Positions 32,081 to 41,085 of a stretch of DNA of 46,716 nucleotides are shown piece by piece (position 1 is the first letter of the stretch; each line of letters opens with the position of its first letter). Below the pieces are notes generated by a model. That model saw only the letters and a program-made list of their open reading frames with translations. It searched no databases and was not told where the DNA came from. Position numbers and translations under genes: made by a program. Source of the DNA: Syntrophomonadaceae bacterium (lineage in GTDB: Bacteria > Bacillota > Dethiobacteria > DTU022 > UBA8154); assembly GCA_007131175.1 (NCBI GenBank), contig SLRC01000002.1:1-46716 (forward strand). Direction: 5' to 3'.

Positions 32081-33519
32081 TGCCAGGTGCATATGAAGTC
32101 GTAATTGGTTTGGAAGTACACGTGGAATTACATACGGCCAGCAAAATATTCTGCTCCTGTCCCAACAGGTTCGGCAGTGTGCCCAATACGAACATTTGCC
32201 CCGTTTGCCTCGGGCTGCCCGGCACCCTGCCCGTATTTAACAAAAAAGCACTGGAATTGTCGCTGCGGGCTGCCCTTGCCCTAAATTGCAAAGTCAATTC
32301 TTTTAGTCGTTTTGCCCGTAAGAATTATTTCTACCCCGATCTGCCCAAAGCTTACCAGATTTCCCAGTATGAATATCCCCTAGGGGGGATTGGATCCCTT
32401 GATATTTTCAAAGACGGTGAACTGGTGCGCACGGTTACGATTGAGCGTTTACATCTGGAAGAGGATGCGGGCAAGTTACTCCATGATGAAGAGCATGCAT
32501 CATCTTACGTGGATTATAATCGCTGTGGTGTTCCCCTGATTGAAATAGTTACCGCCCCGGATCTCCGGTCTTCAGAAGAAGCACGCCTTTTCCTGGAAAC
32601 CTTGCGACGAACTTTACTCTATACGGAAATATCAGACTGCAAAATGGAAGAAGGAAGCATGCGCTGCGATGCTAATATCTCCCTCAGGCCCAAGGGATCG
32701 GAAGTTTTAGGACAAAAAGTAGAAATAAAAAACATGAATTCTTTCAAAGCCGTACAACGGGGACTGGAACATGAAGTAATGCGGCAAACAAAAATCCTGG
32801 ATAAAGGTGGACGTATTTCCCAGGAGACACGGCGCTGGCACGAGGATAAAGGTGTGACCAGCGAGATGCGCAGCAAGGAAAAAGAGCAGGACTACCGCTA
32901 CTTCCCCGAGCCCGATCTTCCACCCATAGTTGTGGATGATACAATGCTAAAAAAAATCAGGGCTGCTCTACCTGAATTGCCCGTAACTCGCTATCGGCGA
33001 TTAATGAACAATTATGGCCTTTCGGCTTACCAGGCGGAAATAATCACGTCCGAGCAAAGCCTTGCTGATTTTTTTGAAGAGACATTACAAAACTACACTC
33101 AACCCCAAAAAGTGGCCAACTGGTTACTTGGAGATGTATTAAAAATAATCAATGTGGTGGCAAAAGAGATCAATAAAACCCTTTTTACCCCCGCCCACTT
33201 GGCGGAGCTCCTTGATCTGGTTGACGAAGGTCAGATTAGCGGACCCACAGCCAAAGAGATCCTTGAAGATTGTTTTAAAAATGGCAAAATGCCTGCAGTT
33301 ATTATGGTGGAAAAAGGGTTGGGACAAATCAGCGATACTGAAGAACTGGAGCGGGTCGTGGCTAAGGTCCTGGAAGAAAACAAGGCGGCTGTACAGGATT
33401 ATGAGGGAGGAAACAAAAAAGTTATCGCTTTTTTGATGGGTAACGTAATGAAGATTACTGGCGGTAAGGCCAACCCCCAAATGGTCACTGCCCTGCTAAA
33501 GAAAAAATTGGACAAATAA
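32080..33519 (+). CDS. gatB: Asp/Glu-tRNA amidotransferase subunit B (copy 1)
   Basis: IGLEVHVEL, HLEEDAGK, MEEGSMRCDANIS, RSKEKEQDYRYFPEPD, YqeY tail. Confidence 0.98.
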   Translation: MPGAYEVVIGLEVHVELHTASKIFCSCPNRFGSVPNTNICPVCLGLPGTLPVFNKKALELSLRAALALNCKVNSFSRFARKNYFYPDLPKAYQISQYEYPLGGIGSLDIFKDGELVRTVTIERLHLEEDAGKLLHDEEHASSYVDYNRCGVPLIEIVTAPDLRSSEEARLFLETLRRTLLYTEISDCKMEEGSMRCDANISLRPKGSEVLGQKVEIKNMNSFKAVQRGLEHEVMRQTKILDKGGRISQETRRWHEDKGVTSEMRSKEKEQDYRYFPEPDLPPIVVDDTMLKKIRAALPELPVTRYRRLMNNYGLSAYQAEIITSEQSLADFFEETLQNYTQPQKVANWLLGDVLKIINVVAKEINKTLFTPAHLAELLDLVDEGQISGPTAKEILEDCFKNGKMPAVIMVEKGLGQISDTEELERVVAKVLEENKAAVQDYEGGNKKVIAFLMGNVMKITGGKANPQMVTALLKKKLDK

Positions 33520-33552
33520 ACTGGCAAGTTGCTTACTGTTGTAAAATGGGCA

Positions 33553-33715
33553 GCGTCAGCATCTGTTAAGTCAATTCCCGGCCCGCCCCTAATATATTTA
33601 TATCACTGCCGAACGGCCTAAGACACGCAGTGGAAAGATTATGCTACGCCTGGCTGCGCGCTATCTCTGAAGGTCGTACCCTCGGGGATACAAGTACACT
33701 ACTGGATGCAGACGT
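33553..33715 (+). ncRNA. Candidate structured non-coding RNA, family not recognised
   Basis: The 5' and 3' ends pair (CGTC-A-GCATC / GATGC-A-GACG). Further helices: ATTCCCGG/TCGGGGAT, CACTGC/GCAGTG, TACGCCT/AGGTCGTA. TAAAAT lies at 33542-33547 just upstream. Confidence 0.4.
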
Positions 33716-33738
33716 GATAGACCATATTAAACGGTATT

Positions 33739-34491
33739 ATGAAAGGGAAGGATAGAAGAAAGCTAAAAAAGGGAAATGTGGGGATGATAAGCCTGAAAAA
33801 AAATGGCATTCAAGAACAGACAAAGCCGGACATTAAGGAAATACTGCATCTCCTTGAAGAGAGCTATCCTCAGGTGCAAACGTCGCTTCACTTCCATACC
33901 ACATTCGAACTGCTGCTAGCGGTAATCCTTTCTGCCCAGACCACGGATCTCCAGGTGAATAGGATCACGGCCGAACTGTTCCCACTCATAAAAAATGGCC
34001 CCGGGAGTGTTTTGGAGATGGGTCGGGAACGCCTTGAAACAGTGATTCAGAGTTGTGGTCTTTACCGTCAGAAAAGCCGTCAGATTATGGATACTTGCCA
34101 CATGCTGCTGGAGCAATACAAAGGAGAAGTACCCCGGACCCGTGAAGAGCTCATGCGTCTGCCCGGGGTAGGGCGGAAGACAGCTAATATAATTTTAAGT
34201 ACCGCTTTTAACATACCTGCTTTTGGTGTAGATACACATGTAAAGCGTGTCAGTGGCAGACTGGGACTGACAGAGGGGAAAAATCCCAGGGCCATTGAAG
34301 ATGAACTGTGCAAAATTATTCCCCCTGCTGCATGGGCGGATACACACCATCGCCTCATTGCCCACGGCAGAAGTATTTGCCGGGCCCATAATCCCATATG
34401 CGTAGAATGCCCGCTTACAGCTAACTGCTTTTTTTATAAAAGTAAAAAGGAAGAAAAGAGGAATATTAAAACGCAAACAGAATATTCATAG
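33739..34491 (+). CDS. nth: Endonuclease III
   Basis: FELLLAVILSAQTTD, HhH LPGVGRKTAN, VDTHV, C-X6-C-X2-C-X5-C; true start may be ATG 33784. Confidence 0.95.
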   Translation: MKGKDRRKLKKGNVGMISLKKNGIQEQTKPDIKEILHLLEESYPQVQTSLHFHTTFELLLAVILSAQTTDLQVNRITAELFPLIKNGPGSVLEMGRERLETVIQSCGLYRQKSRQIMDTCHMLLEQYKGEVPRTREELMRLPGVGRKTANIILSTAFNIPAFGVDTHVKRVSGRLGLTEGKNPRAIEDELCKIIPPAAWADTHHRLIAHGRSICRAHNPICVECPLTANCFFYKSKKEEKRNIKTQTEYS

Positions 34492-34536
34492 GGTCATTAT
34501 TTGCATGGTTCATAGAAATTTATTAGGAGGCATAAC

Positions 34537-36987
34537 ATGGAAGCGTATCGGCTTGAAGTGGATAAACTCTATAAGAAGTGCGATCCTGAAATTTTTGAAT
34601 TTGAAACTACTGAGGAAGTCCCCCCATTGGAAGGCATCCTCGGGCAGGAACGGGCTGTCCGGGCAACGGATTTCGGTTTGCGTATCAAGAGATTTGGTTA
34701 TAACATTTTTTTTACCGGCCATACGGGCACGGGTAAAATCAGCTATGCCCGCGAGGTCGTAGATGCAATGGCAGAAAATGAACCTGTGCCCGACGACTGG
34801 TGCTACCTTTATAACTTCAAAAATCCGGGTGAACCGCTGGCCCTTAACCTGCCAGCAGGGATGGGAAGCGATTTTTCCCGTGATATTGATAAATTGCTGG
34901 AGGAATTAAACGAGGTAATTCCAAAGGCGTTTAATACAGAAGAATACGAGCGGCAGAAGGCCTCTCTCTTTAAAAAATTTCAGGATAAACGCTCAGCACT
35001 CATGGAAGAGCTGAACAAGGTGGCTCAGGAAAATAACTTTATGCTCAAGCGGACCGGAACAGGGTATTTAACTCCCGTTCCCTTAAAAGAAGAAAAGGAG
35101 TTAAGCGAGGAGGAGTACAGCCAGCTCTCCCAGGAAGAACGGGAAGCGCTGGAGAAGAAGTCTACAGAGGTCCAACTCAAGTCCATGGAGATTGTGCGCA
35201 AGGTGCAAAATGAAGAGAAACGCCTCAAAGAAGAGTTCCGTGAACTTGAGCATAAAACGGGCTTAGATGCTCTAGGGCATATTATTGATGAGCTGAAAGA
35301 GAAATATAATAAATACCCCAAGGTGGAACACTACCTTGAATTGCTCAAGGAAGATGTGCTGGAACACCTCTCCGATTTCCGGGAGGATGAAGAGGAAAAA
35401 CAAATGCCTTTCCCCTGGATGAAACGGGAAACTACCGCCACCAAGTATGTGGTTAACCTGGTAATCGATAACAAGGACATGAAAGGCGCACCGGTAGTGA
35501 TAGAATCAAATCCCACTTATTATAATCTTGTGGGGCGTGTAGAATATGAAAATAAACTGGGGATGGTCTCTACTGACTTTACCATGATTAAAGGAGGTGC
35601 CTTCCACCGCGCCAACGGCGGCTATCTAATCCTGCAGGCCAAAGATCTGCTGCTTAACTTTCAGTCATGGGAAGCATTTAAGCGTATTTTGAAAACACAG
35701 GAACTGCGCATTGAAACCATCGCAGAGCAATATTCAATAATCCCCATGGCCACATTAAAGCCCGAACCCATACCCCTTAATATCAAAGTAATCATTATCG
35801 GTAATCCATACCTTTATCAAATTCTTTATCGCTATGACGATGACTTTCGCAAACTTTTTAAGATTAAAGCAGACTTCGATATTGTGATGGGCCGCTCCCT
35901 TGAGAATATGACGAAAATGGCGAATTTTATTTCCACCCACAGCAAGCGGGAAGGAGTGCGGCATTTTGACCGCAGCGGTGTGGCCCGCATGGTGGAATAC
36001 AGCTCACGCCTCGCCGAACATCAGGAAAAACTGTGTACCTGTTTTAACGATATTGTGGAACTCCTTTGTGAAGCAGATGCGTGGGCGGAGATTGAGAATG
36101 AGGAAATTGTAGGTGCTAAACAGGTGGACCGGGCAATAAAGGAAAAGGTTTTCCGCTCAGACAAGTATGAAAAGAAACTGCTGGAGTTAGTGGAAGAAGG
36201 GCAGTTGCTCTTTGATTTCAGTGGAAAAAAGGTGGGACAGGTCAATGGGCTGGCCATCCTGGATATAGGTGACTTTGTTTTCGGCAGGCCATCCCGCATT
36301 ACTGCATCCACTTATTTAGGGCGGCGTGGTATTGTTAATATTGAAAGGGAAAGCAAGATGAGCGGTCGCATTCATGACAAGGGTGTGCTGATCATCAGTG
36401 GTTATCTCGGTCATAAATACGCCCAGGAAATCCCCCTGACAATTTCTGCCAGCCTTTGTTTTGAACAGTCTTATAATGGGGTGGAGGGGGACAGCGCCTC
36501 CAGTGCTGAATTGTATGCCCTTCTTTCCAGCATATCCGAAATCCCCCTGAAGCAGGGTATCGCCGTAACCGGCTCTGTCAACCAAAAAGGAGAGATTCAG
36601 CCTGTGGGGGGGATAACCCGCAAAATTGAAGGTTTTTTTGCTGCTTGCAAAATTGACGGACTCACAGGTGACCAGGGTGTGCTCATCCCCCATCAAAATC
36701 AGGCAAATCTCATGCTTGAGGAAGAAGTCCTGGAGGCGGTGCGGGAAGGAAAGTTCCATATCTATGCAGTGAAGTCCGTTGAAGAAGGGATGGAAATTCT
36801 TACCGGGGTTCCGGCAGGACAGCGGGGGGAAGACGGCAGCTACCCGGAAGGAACAATCAATTACCTGGTGAAAGATAAGCTCAAAGAATATAGCGATTTA
36901 CTGGAAAAACAAGACCGGGAAACGGATAAAGATACGAACAGGGAGCCACCGGAGAAAAATACGGACAAGGAGCCGGAAAAGGAATAA
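34537..36987 (+). CDS. Lon-like protease, LonC-type (AAA-like domain + S16 protease)
   Basis: GQERA, GHTGTGK, HRANGGYLIL, catalytic GDSAS...KIEGF Ser-Lys dyad. Confidence 0.9.
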   Translation: MEAYRLEVDKLYKKCDPEIFEFETTEEVPPLEGILGQERAVRATDFGLRIKRFGYNIFFTGHTGTGKISYAREVVDAMAENEPVPDDWCYLYNFKNPGEPLALNLPAGMGSDFSRDIDKLLEELNEVIPKAFNTEEYERQKASLFKKFQDKRSALMEELNKVAQENNFMLKRTGTGYLTPVPLKEEKELSEEEYSQLSQEEREALEKKSTEVQLKSMEIVRKVQNEEKRLKEEFRELEHKTGLDALGHIIDELKEKYNKYPKVEHYLELLKEDVLEHLSDFREDEEEKQMPFPWMKRETTATKYVVNLVIDNKDMKGAPVVIESNPTYYNLVGRVEYENKLGMVSTDFTMIKGGAFHRANGGYLILQAKDLLLNFQSWEAFKRILKTQELRIETIAEQYSIIPMATLKPEPIPLNIKVIIIGNPYLYQILYRYDDDFRKLFKIKADFDIVMGRSLENMTKMANFISTHSKREGVRHFDRSGVARMVEYSSRLAEHQEKLCTCFNDIVELLCEADAWAEIENEEIVGAKQVDRAIKEKVFRSDKYEKKLLELVEEGQLLFDFSGKKVGQVNGLAILDIGDFVFGRPSRITASTYLGRRGIVNIERESKMSGRIHDKGVLIISGYLGHKYAQEIPLTISASLCFEQSYNGVEGDSASSAELYALLSSISEIPLKQGIAVTGSVNQKGEIQPVGGITRKIEGFFAACKIDGLTGDQGVLIPHQNQANLMLEEEVLEAVREGKFHIYAVKSVEEGMEILTGVPAGQRGEDGSYPEGTINYLVKDKLKEYSDLLEKQDRETDKDTNREPPEKNTDKEPEKE

Positions 36988-37743
36988 ATGGAAGCGTACA
37001 GCGGACTGGCCCGGGTCTATGATTACCTTTTGTCAGGCGTGGATTACGATGAATGGGCCGATTACCTGGAAGAATTGTTTATACACTTTAATGTATACCC
37101 ACGGCAGTGTATTATGGACCTTGCCTGTGGAACAGGTAACTCCACCTTGCCTTGGTCCCGGCGTGGCTATAGGGTATGTGGAGTGGATATTTCAGAAGAG
37201 ATGCTTGCAGTGGCCCGGGATAAAACCCGGGCCAGCAACCTGCAGGCCCGCTTTTTTAAGCAGGATCTGCGCTGCATAAATCTTCCGGGACAAGCTGATG
37301 TGGCTGTTCTCTACCAGGACGGACTCAATTACCTCTTAAGCGCAAACGAATTGCGCCAGGCTTTCACCAGCATCCGTACGTGCCTTCGCCCGGGAGGGTT
37401 TTTTATTTTTAACCTCAACATGGTGGAATTTCTTCCAACGGGGCCAACCCCCCAGGTATCCTACCTCGATGAACAGCAAATGACCCTAATCTGGGAGAGC
37501 AGCTATACAAATGAGGAAAGGGTCTGGCAGATCAATTTAATAGCATTTTTGCAAGAAACCGGAAATAAATACATCAAAGTCGAGGAAGTGCACCGGGAAC
37601 GCTCCCATTCCCGGGAGGAACTGGAGCCCTTGTTTAAGCAAACTGGTTGGCACATGCGGGCCTGCCTCAAAGCTTTTGCCATGGAAGAACCTGCACCAGG
37701 TGAAAGGAACATATTTTATGTCATTCAACGGGATGACATTTAG
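36988..37743 (+). CDS. Class I SAM-dependent methyltransferase
   Basis: YD.L...DYDEW, MDLACGTG, GVDISEEML, LRPGG. Confidence 0.88.
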   Translation: MEAYSGLARVYDYLLSGVDYDEWADYLEELFIHFNVYPRQCIMDLACGTGNSTLPWSRRGYRVCGVDISEEMLAVARDKTRASNLQARFFKQDLRCINLPGQADVAVLYQDGLNYLLSANELRQAFTSIRTCLRPGGFFIFNLNMVEFLPTGPTPQVSYLDEQQMTLIWESSYTNEERVWQINLIAFLQETGNKYIKVEEVHRERSHSREELEPLFKQTGWHMRACLKAFAMEEPAPGERNIFYVIQRDDI

Positions 37744-37757
37744 CAGGAGGGTACTAT

Positions 37758-38222
37758 ATGAATATTGTCCTCATTGAACCGGAAATTCCCCAAAACACAG
37801 GCAATATTGCGCGAACCTGCGTGATGACAGGCTCCACGCTCTACCTGGTGGGCAAACTTGGCTTCTCCCTGGAAGATCCTTATGTGCGGCGGGCCGGGTT
37901 GGATTACTGGCCATATCTTCAATATCACTGCTGTGAAGACTTTAACGCACTGTATACCACATTTAGCAGCCATAAATTTTACTTTTTTAGTACCAGGGCA
38001 AAAGGCCGTTGGTATACAGATGTTGCTTACACTTATGATGACTTTCTTGTATTTGGCAAAGAGACCTCCGGTTTGCCTGAAGCATTGTTACAAAACAAAC
38101 AGCCCTTTGCGCTGCGCATTCCCATGATTGAGGAAGTTCCCCGTTCTTTAAATCTATCCAATTCCGTTGCCATAGTTGTGTATGAGGCACTGCGTCAGCA
38201 AGGTTTTCCTGAAATGCATTGA
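37758..38222 (+). CDS. trmL: tRNA (cytidine/uridine 34-2'-O)-methyltransferase (SPOUT)
   Basis: EPEIPQNTGNIARTC, RRAGLDYW, FGKETSGLP, RSLNLSN. Confidence 0.95.
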   Translation: MNIVLIEPEIPQNTGNIARTCVMTGSTLYLVGKLGFSLEDPYVRRAGLDYWPYLQYHCCEDFNALYTTFSSHKFYFFSTRAKGRWYTDVAYTYDDFLVFGKETSGLPEALLQNKQPFALRIPMIEEVPRSLNLSNSVAIVVYEALRQQGFPEMH

Positions 38223-38384
38223 AAGGGGCAAATGCAAATTTAGCCGCAAAAACTGAGCCACATTATATAAAAAGCGGGCAAAATAATACAAGGTGGCAGT
38301 AAGCCCCCTTGTATTAAAAACTTTAAATTATAACTCCTTTGTTCATATGCACCATCACCAGCATCCAACCGTCTTCTTTTTAAG

Positions 38385-38567
38385 TTAAGATTGCTGGACA
38401 TCAACATTCCTGCGGGCGAAAAGATAATATGCATTGTAGAGAGCAACGATAATGCCGAGGATAATGTTGTTTGCAGCCAGGCTGGTCGGAGCCATGATTG
38501 GCGTAAAGTTTACAATTGCCAACCAGATTCCCACGATCAGGTGGATGATGTGAAATGTAGTCATCAT
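38385..38567 (-). CDS. Small 2-TM membrane protein (SPW-repeat-like)
   Basis: RBS AAGGAGG; MMTTFHIIHLIVGIWLAIVNF...NNIILGIIVALYN. Confidence 0.7.
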   Translation of the reverse strand: MMTTFHIIHLIVGIWLAIVNFTPIMAPTSLAANNIILGIIVALYNAYYLFARRNVDVQQS

Positions 38568-38590
38568 ATTATTTCCCTCCTTTCGAAAAA

Positions 38591-38620
38591 TAGCATAACC
38601 AGCTTTTTGGGAAATTATGC
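38591..38620 (-). promoter_or_regulatory. Putative forespore SigF/SigG-type promoter
   Basis: Minus strand reads GCATA-N15-GGTTATGCTA directly upstream of the RBS. Confidence 0.45.
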
Positions 38621-38720
38621 AGGCAACTAATAATATTAGCAGCAAAAGCACTTTTATAAGCTGTATACTATCCCTTAGGGAGGAGCTTTTTTTCCACTTC
38701 TAAATAGGCAGGTGAAATAG

Positions 38721-39512
38721 TTGACGGCAGAAAATAAAGGTGACTTTATCAAGTTTATCGGGACAGCAGGTGCCCGATTTGTGGTTTCAAGGCAACTGAG
38801 AGCTTCGGGGGGGCTTTGGTTCGAACTGGGAGGGGAGAAGATACTTGTTGATCCTGGCCCCGGGTCGCTGGTAAGATGCCTCAACTCCCGCCCTAAAATG
38901 GATCCGGCTGTCCTGGATGGCATAATACTTACACACCGGCATCTTGACCATTCAAATGATGTTAATGTCATGATCGAGGCCATGAGTGACGGTGGTAACA
39001 AAAGGGAAGGTTTTCTATACGGTCCCAGTGATGTTTTTGCAGAGCCTGAACCTGTAGTTCAGGTGTATGTCCGCTCCTTTTTGGAAAAAATGGATATCTT
39101 AAAGGAGGGTAAAGAGATTAAGCGGCCATTCTTTACTCTGAAAACACCTGTGTTGCACCATCACCCCGTGGAAACATACGGCCTGCAATTTTATTTGCCT
39201 TACGGGAATATATCCCTCATTGCGGATACGGCTTACTTTCCTGAATTAATTGAACACTACCGGGAAGCGGATATCCTCATTATTAACGTTGTCATATACA
39301 AGGATGATATGCCCAAAAGAATTTACCATTTGAATTTGAAACAGGCTAAAGAACTAATTCGGGGCATCAAACCAGAACTGGCTATCCTTACCCATTTTGG
39401 GTTGTCAATGCTGAAAGAAAAGCCATATTTACTTGCCCGGAGGCTGCAGGAAGAATTGAAAATAAGGGTCATCGCAGCAAATGATGGTCTTAAGATACCT
39501 TTAAATGCATAA
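38721..39512 (+). CDS. MBL-fold metallo-hydrolase
   Basis: FIGTAG, VDPGPG, THRHLDHS, ADT, LTHFG. Confidence 0.88.
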   Translation: MTAENKGDFIKFIGTAGARFVVSRQLRASGGLWFELGGEKILVDPGPGSLVRCLNSRPKMDPAVLDGIILTHRHLDHSNDVNVMIEAMSDGGNKREGFLYGPSDVFAEPEPVVQVYVRSFLEKMDILKEGKEIKRPFFTLKTPVLHHHPVETYGLQFYLPYGNISLIADTAYFPELIEHYREADILIINVVIYKDDMPKRIYHLNLKQAKELIRGIKPELAILTHFGLSMLKEKPYLLARRLQEELKIRVIAANDGLKIPLNA

Positions 39513-39554
39513 GCAGTAAATGTCTAAGATAAGTATTGACTGGAGGGTCTAAAA

Positions 39555-39848
39555 ATGTTTGTCGCTATTTGCCAACTTGGGTTAATTCTCCCTGAAGGGA
39601 GTTCTTTGAAAGATAAACGAAGTGTGATCAAGAGCCTCCGGGAAAGGCTGCGGCACCGTTTTAATATATCTGTTGCGGAGGTGGGGCGCCTCGATGCCTT
39701 ACGGCGCGGGGAAATAGGCTTTGCTGCCGTCAGCAATGAAACAGCCTATCTCGAAAGCTTAATGGATAAGATCATAAACTATATAGAAAAGGATGGACGG
39801 GTAGAGATTGAAACAATTGAACGGGAAATTATTAAAAACGGATGTTAA
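39555..39848 (+). CDS. DUF503 (YlxP-like) protein
   Basis: SSLKDKRSVIKSL...RFNISVAEV. Confidence 0.88.
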   Translation: MFVAICQLGLILPEGSSLKDKRSVIKSLRERLRHRFNISVAEVGRLDALRRGEIGFAAVSNETAYLESLMDKIINYIEKDGRVEIETIEREIIKNGC

Positions 39849-40113
39849 AATGGGTGAACTCTTCTGTATCCGTGCAGTTTTCCACTTCCACACAATCAAC
39901 CCGTCCGCGCGGGGCAGCCTTTAAGGAACCTACAAATAACTCAAGCCTTGACTTTTCCCCCCGGACCACGCACTTAACTCTCCCATTCGAAGTGTTTTGA
40001 ACATAACCCTGCAAACCCATTTTATTAGCCAGATCACGCACATAGTAACGCATGCCCACACCCTGAACCACACCCTCTAAATAGATGCATAATTGTTCAT
40101 CCGTTTTCGCCAT
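39832..40113 (-). CDS. acyP: Acylphosphatase
   Basis: GVVQGVGMR, GLQGYVQN..GRV; ATG 40113 behind GGAGG. Confidence 0.9.
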   Translation of the reverse strand: MAKTDEQLCIYLEGVVQGVGMRYYVRDLANKMGLQGYVQNTSNGRVKCVVRGEKSRLELFVGSLKAAPRGRVDCVEVENCTDTEEFTHFNIRF

Positions 40114-40144
40114 AACTACCCTCCGAATGTCCTGTTTTGACCAA

Positions 40145-40173
40145 ATTCTAAATGATCCCATTTATGCTGTCAA
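40145..40173 (-). promoter_or_regulatory. SigA promoter of acyP
   Basis: Minus strand TTGACA-N17-TAGAAT. Confidence 0.7.
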
Positions 40174-40186
40174 GCCCGTTAGTTTA

Positions 40187-40215
40187 TTGACAGCGTAATC
40201 GGAACATAATATAAT
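40187..40215 (+). promoter_or_regulatory. Consensus SigA promoter of the XRE regulator
   Basis: TTGACA-N17-TATAAT, perfect consensus. Confidence 0.85.
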
Positions 40216-40246
40216 AAACCGACCATTTAGCCAGGGAGAAAAGATT

Positions 40247-41011
40247 ATGTTTAACGGAAAAGTGGTGCGTAAAGTGCGGGAAGAGAAAGGCTATTCGCTG
40301 GCCGAACTGGCAGAGAGGGCGGGTATTTCTGTCTCCTACTTGAGCGAAATTGAGCGGGGCAGTAAAAAGCCTTCTCTCAAAACTATGAACAAACTTTCCT
40401 CTTCCCTCAATATGGCGGGGCGGGAATTTTTACAAGACTCCGCTGACGAAAGTTTCGCTTTGGGGGCGCGTATCCGCCTTTTAAGGGAAGAACGGGGTAT
40501 GAGCCTTCAGGATTTGGCTACTGCCACCGGTTTTTCTTACTCCTATATCTGTGAAATTGAGCGGGGATTGGTGGAACCTTCATTAAGAGCACTGCGTAAA
40601 GCGTCTGAGGCCCTTAATGTCCCCATCAATCGCATCAAGACGCCCGACAGTTCGCTGGGCGGCAAAATTGCCCGGGTAAGGGAAGAGTTAGGTTTAAAAC
40701 AGGCCCAGTTGGCCAAAAAGGCCGGCGTGTCCCCGGGGATGATCGGCCAGCTGGAACAGGGAAAGGTACAACCCTCCCTGCAGACAGTGGAAAAGATTGC
40801 CTCTGCCTTCGGCATTTCTACCTGTTATTTTATTGCCGGGGAGGATGGGATGGAGGATTTTCTCCACCTCCTGACCCCTGAACTGCGCAATTTACTCCTG
40901 GAGCCCAAGGTGCAGGGAGTTCTGCGTGCACTTTGTCATTGCAATGAGAAAGAATTTCGCTTTATCCTGGAATTTATCAGGATGTTTAAAGAAGCACGCC
41001 TCAGTGAATAA
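40247..41011 (+). CDS. XRE-family regulator with three tandem HTH domains
   Basis: Three copies of R..REE.G..L..LA...G.S..Y...IE.G...PSL. Confidence 0.9.
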   Translation: MFNGKVVRKVREEKGYSLAELAERAGISVSYLSEIERGSKKPSLKTMNKLSSSLNMAGREFLQDSADESFALGARIRLLREERGMSLQDLATATGFSYSYICEIERGLVEPSLRALRKASEALNVPINRIKTPDSSLGGKIARVREELGLKQAQLAKKAGVSPGMIGQLEQGKVQPSLQTVEKIASAFGISTCYFIAGEDGMEDFLHLLTPELRNLLLEPKVQGVLRALCHCNEKEFRFILEFIRMFKEARLSE

Positions 41012-41085
41012 CTGCTCAATTCTGAGCCCTGAATGCTATTAATATTTCTACACCCGGGGAAGATATTATATGGGGTGTTTTTTTT

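Noticed and set aside
33521-33536. Sigma-54 promoter (CTGGCA...TTAC)
   Set aside because: The -12 element lacks the invariant GC.
33668-33690. T-box antiterminator (AAGGTCGTACC)
   Set aside because: It deviates from GGTGGNACC, no terminator follows, and the downstream gene (nth) is not amino-acid related.
36915-36984. Short repeats at the Lon-like C-terminus (TDK..EP.EK)
   Set aside because: Low-complexity charged tail with no sign of a separate element.
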